Assembly (NCBI GenBank): GCA_045577945.1
Contig: JAZNJG010000197.1
Span: 1 to 59,826, forward strand
DNA: 59,826 bases
Reading direction: 5' to 3'
DNA from: Bacilli bacterium
GTDB lineage: Bacteria > Bacillota_I > Bacilli_A > ML615J-28 > CAG-698
This document shows, piece after piece, positions 8,820-16,000 of the stretch. Under the pieces are notes generated by a model. It ran no database searches. It worked only from the letters and a program-made list of their open reading frames with translations, and was not told the origin of the DNA. Within the stretch, counting starts at the first letter, position 1; each line of letters opens with the position of its first letter. The position numbers and the translations under genes are program-made.

Positions 8820-9996
8820 CTCTCCAATTCTCTTGTATTATATAATTTCTAATAAAATCATGTTCCCAAATATAAATTATTTTATATCCTAAGGATTTAA
8901 TTATATCAAATCTTTTAAAGGTTTCTTCATTTAATTCGCGATATGTTTTGTAACAACTAGAATTTATCTCATCTAAATTAAAAACCTCAGGATTTCCATG
9001 CCAATAATCTCCTAAAAATTCATAAACTGTATTTGTTTCAGGATCATAGCCATCTGGTTTAAATTTTCTATTTTTATATTTTATTCTGTAATCGTATATA
9101 ATATTTGAGTTATTTAAATGATCAAAAAATATTTGCTGTGTTTTTAATATTTTATATAGATTTTGCTCTTTTATATTAAATTTTTTCTTATAAAGTAATA
9201 TACGTTCATTATGTATATTAAAATATTCTGAACATTTATCTACTAAGAATCTATTATTTTTTATGAAATTATTACGAAAGAATTGTTCATTTAAATTATT
9301 TACATGTAAAACACCTTTCATTTCAGCAAATAATAATTTATATTCTTCACTTTTCATATGGCTCGTTTCACCAAAATGTTTCAAACAAGTTTCTATTTTC
9401 TTTTTCTTTACTTCTGGATTTTGTGATGGATTTTCATAACCTGTTTTTAATTTATAGGTGTTGATTGCATTTTGTTTTAATTCTTTAACTTGCATTGGGT
9501 GTTCAACACCAAATTTTTCTATCCATTTTTCTTTAGCTAATTTCTTACCTTCTTCACCTTTGAAATAATTATCACGGCCATATTTTTCAATCATGGTTTG
9601 CTTATGTTTTCTAACCATATCTTCTTTCCAATTTGGATTATTTCTTTCTTTAGAAGATAAACATTTTTCAGACATTGTATGTTTCCAATTTGGATTTTTA
9701 TTATATTTTGTATTTAATCCTATTTTAGCGGCTAATTTTTTTGATTTAGTTATATTTAGCTTTCTAATAATATCATTAAATTTATGTAAATGTATATTTA
9801 ATATATTACTTATTTGTTGTTGAGAAAGATTTAATTCTAAATATAGATAATCAATATCCTCTTTTACTGGGTATTCAATTAATTTTAAATATTTACTACC
9901 TATATTTATTTGTTTTAATGGGAATTTTAAATAATCTCTTGATAAACGAGAAAGATCAATATTATATTTTTTATAAATATTTACAGAATCAACCAT
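8800..9996 (-). CDS. free-standing homing-endonuclease-like protein (N-terminal HTH, repeated helix modules, C-terminal Vsr/PD-(D/E)XK-like nuclease)
   Basis: The C-terminus reads FKPDGYDPETNTVYEFLGDYWHGNPEVF...YKIIYIWEHDF. The middle has repeated G..NP.Q..EVK.K modules. I prefer ATG 9996 (AAGGAG 6 nt upstream) to the ORF-track start 10038. It is the only minus-strand gene inside a + strand operon. Confidence 0.7.
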   Translation of the reverse strand: MVDSVNIYKKYNIDLSRLSRDYLKFPLKQINIGSKYLKLIEYPVKEDIDYLYLELNLSQQQISNILNIHLHKFNDIIRKLNITKSKKLAAKIGLNTKYNKNPNWKHTMSEKCLSSKERNNPNWKEDMVRKHKQTMIEKYGRDNYFKGEEGKKLAKEKWIEKFGVEHPMQVKELKQNAINTYKLKTGYENPSQNPEVKKKKIETCLKHFGETSHMKSEEYKLLFAEMKGVLHVNNLNEQFFRNNFIKNNRFLVDKCSEYFNIHNERILLYKKKFNIKEQNLYKILKTQQIFFDHLNNSNIIYDYRIKYKNRKFKPDGYDPETNTVYEFLGDYWHGNPEVFNLDEINSSCYKTYRELNEETFKRFDIIKSLGYKIIYIWEHDFIRNYIIQENWREKMVEY

Positions 9997-10025
9997 TTTG
10001 TTCTCCTTGTGAATTTGGTTGGTTT

Positions 10026-10107
10026 TAGAAAATTCCATTGATTGCCGTCTTTGGAATTTTCGTTTTATATAATTATTTATAAAAATTGTGATTCTTTATT
10101 GAAATAT
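10026..10107. repeat. intergenic repeat, copy A (10-bp inverted repeat gaaaattcca-N14-tggaattttc plus conserved AT-rich tail)
   Basis: About 80% identical over ~80 bp to 11640..11725, with identical arm sequences and loop length. Confidence 0.75.
10074..10081 (-). promoter_or_regulatory. late-promoter box (extended TATAAATAATTATATA on minus strand) facing the homing-endonuclease gene
   Basis: Plus strand 10066..10081 tatataattatttata is the reverse complement of the extended late motif found before the structural genes. Confidence 0.45.
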
Positions 10108-10160
10108 AGATATAATATTTTTATAATTAAATAAATTAAGTAAATGAAAGGTGATATAAT

Positions 10161-10883
10161 ATGAAAAGATGTATAATTAGCGCTAGCGGTGGAATGGATA
10201 GCACTGGCCTTTTGATTCATTTGTTAGCTAATGATTATAAAGTAACTATTGCTAATTTTAACTATGGTTCAGATCAAAATACAGTTGAACATCAAAGATT
10301 AAGTCAAAATCTTGAATATTTAAAATCTAAAGGTTTTGATATTGATTTGGTTGAAATGGATTTATCTCCTATTATGTCTAAATTTTACTCTTCATTAACA
10401 AGAAAAGATTTAGATACACCGGAAGGTTATTATAATGATGATAATATGAAAATTACAGTTGTCCCTAATCGTAATGCTATTTTTGCATCAATTATATATG
10501 GTTTAGCATTGTCTCAAGCAAAAGAAACAGATGATAATGTTGATATTTGTTTAGGAGTACATAGTGGTGATCATACAGTTTATCCAGACACTACTCCTGA
10601 ATTTATAAATGCAATTTATAATGCTTTTGCTGTTGGAAATTGGGATTCTGAAAAAGTAAATATCTACATGCCTTATATCAATAGTAATAAAACAGAAATA
10701 TTAAAAGATACGTATAAAAATTGTTATAATTTGAATATTGATTTTAATACTGTTATGTCCAATACATTAACTTGCTATAAACCAGATGAAAACGGACGTT
10801 CATGTGGAAGATGTGGTTCATGTACTGAAAGATTAGAAGCTTTTAATAATCTTGGTTTGAAAGATCCTGTAAAATATGAATAA
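10161..10883 (+). CDS. queC: 7-cyano-7-deazaguanine (preQ0) synthase
   Basis: PP-loop SASGGMDST, VPNRNAIF, YPDTTPEF, and C-terminal zinc cysteines TLTCYKPDENGRSCGRCGSCTERLEAF. Collinear with E. coli QueC. Confidence 0.9.
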   Translation: MKRCIISASGGMDSTGLLIHLLANDYKVTIANFNYGSDQNTVEHQRLSQNLEYLKSKGFDIDLVEMDLSPIMSKFYSSLTRKDLDTPEGYYNDDNMKITVVPNRNAIFASIIYGLALSQAKETDDNVDICLGVHSGDHTVYPDTTPEFINAIYNAFAVGNWDSEKVNIYMPYINSNKTEILKDTYKNCYNLNIDFNTVMSNTLTCYKPDENGRSCGRCGSCTERLEAFNNLGLKDPVKYE

Positions 10884-11127
10884 TAATATATTTGAAAAAT
10901 ATACGATTTTAGAGAATCTAAATTGGAAAGGAACATTTAAAGATGGTCAGATTTTTATCAAATGTTTCATTGAAGATTTGAAAGGTTATAAAGTATGTGG
11001 TTTATCAACAGATAGAAAACCAAGATTAATAACCTTATTTTTATTAAAAGAAGATATTGATAAGTGCAAAATATTAACCAAATCTGATTTATTGCAAAAT
11101 TATATAAACGAAATGAAAGGAAAGTAA
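10876..11127 (+). CDS. hypothetical protein
   Basis: 83-aa ORF that overlaps the queC stop and abuts dut. Confidence 0.4.
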   Translation: MNNNIFEKYTILENLNWKGTFKDGQIFIKCFIEDLKGYKVCGLSTDRKPRLITLFLLKEDIDKCKILTKSDLLQNYINEMKGK

Positions 11128-11128
11128 A

Positions 11129-11596
11129 ATGTCTTGTTGTGAAAATAGAGTTCAATTAAAATTTTGGAAAGAAAGAGAAGATGCACAAATTCCAGAAGTG
11201 GCTTATGGTGGTAGTTCAGCTTGTTGGGATCTAATCGCAGTTGAAGATACCGTTATTCCAGCAAGAGGATCAGCAATTGTTGAAAACGGTTTGCGTGTAA
11301 TGATTCCTGAAGGCTGGTATTTGAAAATTTCTGATAGAAGTGGCAACGGGTTTAAAAAAGGTCTGCACTGCCACCACGGAATTTTAGATAGCTTTTACTC
11401 TGGTTCAATAGGAGTGAAATTATATAATATGACAGATCAGGATCAAATTATTCAAAAAGGTAATGGAATTTGCCAAGTTGAAACATTCAAAAAACCAAAT
11501 ATTGAAATCTGTGAAGCAACACCAGAAGAATGGGAAGAATATAGTCAAAACACAATTCGTGGTGAAAATGGTTTTGGATCATCAGATAAAAAATAA
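11129..11596 (+). CDS. dut: dUTP diphosphatase (trimeric dUTPase)
   Basis: Motifs SSACWDL, ISDRSGNG, HGILDSFYSGSIGV, and C-terminal RGENGFGSSD. Confidence 0.85.
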   Translation: MSCCENRVQLKFWKEREDAQIPEVAYGGSSACWDLIAVEDTVIPARGSAIVENGLRVMIPEGWYLKISDRSGNGFKKGLHCHHGILDSFYSGSIGVKLYNMTDQDQIIQKGNGICQVETFKKPNIEICEATPEEWEEYSQNTIRGENGFGSSDKK

Positions 11597-11639
11597 TATA
11601 AAGAAAATATTTAGGTGCTAACACTTGTCTATTTCTTTC

Positions 11640-11725
11640 TAGAAAATTCCAAAAGTTGGAACCTTTGGAATTTTCGTTTTAGATAACTATTTATAAAAAT
11701 GTAATCTTTTGCTATTGAAAAATAT
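11640..11725. repeat. intergenic repeat, copy B (gaaaattcca-N14-tggaattttc plus tail)
   Basis: See copy A. It also carries a minus-strand TATAAATA (11688..11695), but no minus-strand gene follows. Confidence 0.75.
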
Positions 11726-11776
11726 TAACATACATCTTAAAATTTATAAAAGAATTAATAAACGAAAGTGATAAAA

Positions 11777-13330
11777 ATGAATGATTTTGATTTCTATATT
11801 AACGTATTTCAACACAGAGATAATATACTAGTTAGCGGGTATAAAGATAGTAAAAAAGTTTATAAATCTATTGAGTTTAAGCCTATTCTATTTAGAGAAT
11901 CGAATAAAAATACAAATATTAAAAATATTAACAATAAATTTTTAGAACCTATACAGTTTGAGAGTAATAGTCATTTTTATAACTTTGTTAGACAAAATAA
12001 AGAAATATCAAATATGAAGCTTTATGGAACTGAAAATTTAAAAATGCAATGGATCTCAGATAATTTCCCAAATAATATTAAAGCTGACTATTCAAGATTT
12101 CGTAAAATTTTTATCGATATCGAAACATGCTGTGAATTAGGATTTCCAGATCCAACTATTGCACCCGAGCCAATTAATGCTATTACATATTATGATTCAC
12201 TTCTACAAAAATATTTTGTGTTAACAAATAAAGATTTTGGTTGTGTAAATATATCTGATGAAGAGTGCGTGATTATTCAATGTGAAAATGAAAGAGAATT
12301 ATTACTAAAATTTATATCAATATGGACTTCAAACTACCCTGATGTTATCACTGGTTGGAATACTGTTCTTTTTGATACACCATATATTATAAATCGAATT
12401 AAACAAGTATTAGGCGATCACTATGTAAAAAAATTATCTCCTTTTGGTGTTGTTAATAGTAGAGATGTCAAGTTTATGAACGGTACTAAAAAACAAGCAT
12501 ATGAAATAATCGGTGTTAATGAACTTGATTATCTTGATCTCTATAAGAAATTTTCATATGGAGAAAAACCGAGCTATTCACTAAAATATATAACAACTCT
12601 TGAATTAGGTGAGACAAAACTTGATCACGAAGAATTTGCTTCTATGCACTTATTCTATAAAGAAAACTATCAAAAATTTATAGAGTATAATATTCAAGAT
12701 GTTAAGTTAATTGTAAAGCTTGATGAGAAATGTAAATTTATAAATTTAGCTGCACAAATTGCCTATTTAGCAAAAATTAATTTTAAAGAATGTTATTCAC
12801 CTGTAGTAACATGGGAATCACTTATTTATAATTATTTAAAGGAAAAAAATATATATAGTGAGATTACTAGTAAAGAAGCAATTGGTGGTGGTTATACAGG
12901 TGCATTTGTTAAACAACCAATACCAGACAGATATAAGTGGATTGTATCATTTGACCTAAATAGTTTGTATCCTTCACTAATTAGACAATTCAATATATCA
13001 CCTGAAAAAATTATTTCAGATTCAGAAAGAAATAGAATATTTATTGAACTGAAATCTCAAAATGAAGAGAATTATAAAAGGATATCAACACCAGATTCAG
13101 CTATGGAAAATATAGTAACCGGTTCATTAGATACAAATTATTTCAAAGAACATAATATTAGTTTATCTGGATCAGGTTATTTATTTAAAAGAGATAGTCA
13201 GGGATTTTTACCAGCTATTATGGAATACATATACAATCAACGAAGAGCTGTTAAGAAAGAGATGTTATGGCATGAATCAAATGTTGAGAAAATAAGAGCA
13301 GAAATTCATCGACGTGGTTTGAAAATTTAA
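11777..13330 (+). CDS. gp43: family-B DNA polymerase, N-terminal part (exonuclease domain through motif A), gp43A-like
   Basis: ExoI FIDIET, ExoII-like NTVLFDTPYI, ExoIII YNIQDV, and polymerase motif A SFDLNSLYPSLI. It ends at TAA 13328..13330. ATG 11777 is preferred over GTG 11768. Confidence 0.85.
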   Translation: MNDFDFYINVFQHRDNILVSGYKDSKKVYKSIEFKPILFRESNKNTNIKNINNKFLEPIQFESNSHFYNFVRQNKEISNMKLYGTENLKMQWISDNFPNNIKADYSRFRKIFIDIETCCELGFPDPTIAPEPINAITYYDSLLQKYFVLTNKDFGCVNISDEECVIIQCENERELLLKFISIWTSNYPDVITGWNTVLFDTPYIINRIKQVLGDHYVKKLSPFGVVNSRDVKFMNGTKKQAYEIIGVNELDYLDLYKKFSYGEKPSYSLKYITTLELGETKLDHEEFASMHLFYKENYQKFIEYNIQDVKLIVKLDEKCKFINLAAQIAYLAKINFKECYSPVVTWESLIYNYLKEKNIYSEITSKEAIGGGYTGAFVKQPIPDRYKWIVSFDLNSLYPSLIRQFNISPEKIISDSERNRIFIELKSQNEENYKRISTPDSAMENIVTGSLDTNYFKEHNISLSGSGYLFKRDSQGFLPAIMEYIYNQRRAVKKEMLWHESNVEKIRAEIHRRGLKI

Positions 13331-13345
13331 ATAAAGGAGGTATAC

Positions 13346-14467
13346 GTGGAAGTTAATTTTGATGATTTATCGAGTATTAGTGATGATAACTTGATAAAAT
13401 TGTATCATGTTGAAGAAGAGAAAGGAAATGATGGTGAAATAACACAAAAGGCTTTAAAGATTCTTTTAAATAGTGGGTATGGAGCACTTGGTAATTCTTA
13501 TTTTCAATTTTTTGATTTAAGATTAGCGGATAGTATTACACGTTCAGGACAATGTGCTGTGCGATGGATGGAGAGATGGTTAAATGGTTTCTTAAATAAA
13601 TATTTTCATACTGAAAATGAAGATTATGTAATTACCATCGATACAGATAGTTTATATTTAAATCTTGAATATCTCATTAATAAAATAAAAGAGAAGCAAA
13701 CATCATTAACAGATGAAGAATGTATTAATATCTTAGATAAATTTGCACATGAAGTAGTTGAAAAACAAATTGAAAAAGGGTATGAAGAATTTTATAAGTA
13801 TTTAAATGCTTTTGAAAATCAGATGGTTATGAAAAGAGAGTGTTTATGCTCTTCAGGTGTATTTGTTGCTAAAAAAAGATATGCATTAAATGTTTTTGAT
13901 AATGAAGGTGTTCGTTATGAAAAACCAAAATTAAAAATTAAAGGATTAGATGTAGTTCGTTCATCTACACCTGACTCAATTAAAAGTGACATGAAAGAGT
14001 GTTATAAAATTATATTAGAGAAAAATGAAAGAGATTTACAAGATTATATCATTCAGGTAAAAGATAAATATAAATCACTATCTCTTGAGGAAATTAGTAT
14101 AGTTTCATCAATTAGTGATATTGATAAATTTACAACAACTGATAATTCAATACCAAAAGGTTGTCCTATGCACGTTAGAGGTTCTATTATTTATAATAAA
14201 TTAGTTAAGGAACTTAAATTAGAGCATATATATCCATTAATTAAATCAGGTGATAAAATTAAATATATATTTCTTAAGATGCCAAATCATGCATTCTCAG
14301 ATGTTATAGCTTACCATAATCATTTTCCTGAAGAATTTGATCTAATTAATTATATTGATTATGATAGAATGTTTGAAAGATCGTTTACTGGTTCTATCGA
14401 AAATATAACAACACCGATTAAATGGTCATGGGAGAAGAAGAATAGTATTGATGAATTATTTGGTTAG
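13346..14467 (+). CDS. gp43: family-B DNA polymerase, C-terminal part (motifs B and C, thumb), gp43B-like
   Basis: Motif B KILLNSGYGALGN and motif C ITIDTDSLY. The C-terminal IDELFG resembles the T4 gp43 clamp-binding tail. GTG start with AAGGAGG 5 nt upstream, in the same frame as the upstream part. Confidence 0.85.
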   Translation: MEVNFDDLSSISDDNLIKLYHVEEEKGNDGEITQKALKILLNSGYGALGNSYFQFFDLRLADSITRSGQCAVRWMERWLNGFLNKYFHTENEDYVITIDTDSLYLNLEYLINKIKEKQTSLTDEECINILDKFAHEVVEKQIEKGYEEFYKYLNAFENQMVMKRECLCSSGVFVAKKRYALNVFDNEGVRYEKPKLKIKGLDVVRSSTPDSIKSDMKECYKIILEKNERDLQDYIIQVKDKYKSLSLEEISIVSSISDIDKFTTTDNSIPKGCPMHVRGSIIYNKLVKELKLEHIYPLIKSGDKIKYIFLKMPNHAFSDVIAYHNHFPEEFDLINYIDYDRMFERSFTGSIENITTPIKWSWEKKNSIDELFG

Positions 14468-14472
14468 ATGTA

Positions 14473-14501
14473 TTGAATAAGAGAAAAATCTTTAATAAAA
14501 T
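14473..14501 (+). promoter_or_regulatory. sigma70-like promoter candidate (TTGAAT-17-TAAAAT)
   Basis: Hexamers with 17-nt spacing upstream of uvsX. Such matches are common in AT-rich DNA. Confidence 0.2.
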
Positions 14502-14544
14502 ATATTATCAAAATATTCTATATTAAAATTTGAAAGTTGAAAAC

Positions 14545-15630
14545 ATGTCTATAGATTTTATTAAAACGATAATTAAGAGTACAAAAAATGAAGATGCTAA
14601 GTTGGCAGATGAAGGTGTATTTGGTGATGTGGCTGGTTATATTGATACTGGCTCTTATTCACTTAATGCTTTATTAAGTGGTTCAATATATGGTGGATTT
14701 CCTTCAAACAAACGGATCTGCCTTGGCGGAGAATCTGGTGTAGGGAAAACATATTACTTACTTCAAATTGCTAAATCATTTTTAGACAAAAATGAAGATA
14801 ATATTGTTGTTTATTTTGATTCAGAAGGATCAATCACAAAAGAGCAATTAGAACAATTTAATATTGATGTTAGAAGATTTGTAGTTATTCCAGTTTCAAC
14901 AATTGAAGATTTTAGAACACAAGCGGTTCGTGTTCTAGATTCATATCAAGAAAGGTATGGTAAAGGTGGTGAGACTCGAATGATGTTAGCACTCGATTCA
15001 CTTGGTAATCTTTCATCTAAAAAAGAAATTGGTGATATTGCAGATGGAAAAGAAGCGCGCGACATGACAAAAGCTCAACTTAACAGAGGGGCTTTTAGAG
15101 TGATAGGATTAAAATGCTCTGTATTAAATGTGCCGCTAGTTATAACAAATCATACATACGATGTTGTTGGTGCTTACGTTCCAACAAAAGAAATTTCAGG
15201 TGGATCTGGTCTAAAATATGTTGCTGATCAAATTGTAATGCTATCTAAATCAAAGTTAAAAGATGATAAAGATACAAAAGAAGTTGTTGGTGCTGTTATT
15301 AAAGCTAAATTGATGAAATCGCGACAAACAATTGAGCAGAAAGAAGTTGAGACGAGATTATTTTTTGATAAGGGTTTAGATAAATATTACGGTTTAATTG
15401 ATATTGCTGTTAAACATCATATTTTTGAGAAAGTATCGACAAAAATTGTTTTACCTGATGGTACTTCAACGTTTGAAACAAGAATTGTAAGAGAGCCTGA
15501 GAAATATTTTACAGAGGAAATTTTAAATAAAATTGATGAAGCTTGTAAGAAGGAATTCTTATATCAATCATCAAAATTATTTGAAGATAGTGAAGAAACA
15601 GAAATTGAAGAGGATAATATAAATGAATAA
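14545..15630 (+). CDS. uvsX: UvsX RecA-family recombinase
   Basis: Walker A GGESGVGKT. DSLGNLSSKKEIGDIADGKEARDMTKAQ...VITNHTYD is collinear with T4 UvsX DSLGNLASKKETEDAL..DMTRAK...AINHTYE. Acidic C-terminus. Confidence 0.88.
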   Translation: MSIDFIKTIIKSTKNEDAKLADEGVFGDVAGYIDTGSYSLNALLSGSIYGGFPSNKRICLGGESGVGKTYYLLQIAKSFLDKNEDNIVVYFDSEGSITKEQLEQFNIDVRRFVVIPVSTIEDFRTQAVRVLDSYQERYGKGGETRMMLALDSLGNLSSKKEIGDIADGKEARDMTKAQLNRGAFRVIGLKCSVLNVPLVITNHTYDVVGAYVPTKEISGGSGLKYVADQIVMLSKSKLKDDKDTKEVVGAVIKAKLMKSRQTIEQKEVETRLFFDKGLDKYYGLIDIAVKHHIFEKVSTKIVLPDGTSTFETRIVREPEKYFTEEILNKIDEACKKEFLYQSSKLFEDSEETEIEEDNINE

Positions 15631-15844
15631 TAGTTCACGTTATATATTTGTAGTTAATTATGAAAGAATTGATAGAAAAGGTAATAAAGTAAATCACGAA
15701 ACAGTGATTCAAAGAGGTTCAATTAATAATCAATGGTTTTTATCTGCTGATTATGTAATTGATACAAAAAATAAAACAGTATTAAAAAACAGAAAAAATA
15801 TTTTAAGTAGTGAGCAGATTTTAGCGGCATATAATAATATTTAA
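15623..15844 (+). CDS. hypothetical protein
   Basis: 73-aa ORF that overlaps the uvsX stop. Confidence 0.4.
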   Translation: MNNSSRYIFVVNYERIDRKGNKVNHETVIQRGSINNQWFLSADYVIDTKNKTVLKNRKNILSSEQILAAYNNI

Positions 15845-15851
15845 TTTTATA

Positions 15852-15902
15852 TTGATTTCTAGAATGAGTTAAATTGAAATACATACTCATTCTAGAAATC
15901 AA
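15852..15902. other. 18-bp perfect stem with 15-nt loop
   Basis: ttgatttctagaatgagt (15852-15869) pairs with actcattctagaaatcaa (15885-15902). No T-run follows. Confidence 0.7.
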
Positions 15903-16000
15903 GAAATTTATTTATGTATAAACTAAATAAATCTGTTTATACTTTTACACTAAATATTATAATTCACTTATGTAAAATATTATAAGGTTTTTTGATAGAG

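Noticed and set aside
9593-9823. 76-aa + strand ORF inside the minus-strand homing-endonuclease gene, and 58385..58570 inside the second one
   Set aside because: These are shadow ORFs antisense to genes with recognisable nuclease and DNA-binding motifs. Their translations are hydrophobic and low-complexity.
10095-10112. ttgaaa / tataat hexamers upstream of queC read as a sigma70 promoter
   Set aside because: The two hexamers are only 6 nt apart, far from the 16-18 nt spacing required. Hexamer look-alikes are frequent in this AT-rich DNA.
13328-13348. Intein, intron or endonuclease insertion as the cause of the split DNA polymerase
   Set aside because: Only 15 nt separate the two ORFs and the combined protein length matches an uninterrupted gp43, so there is no room for an inserted element. 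I report the split itself as a finding.
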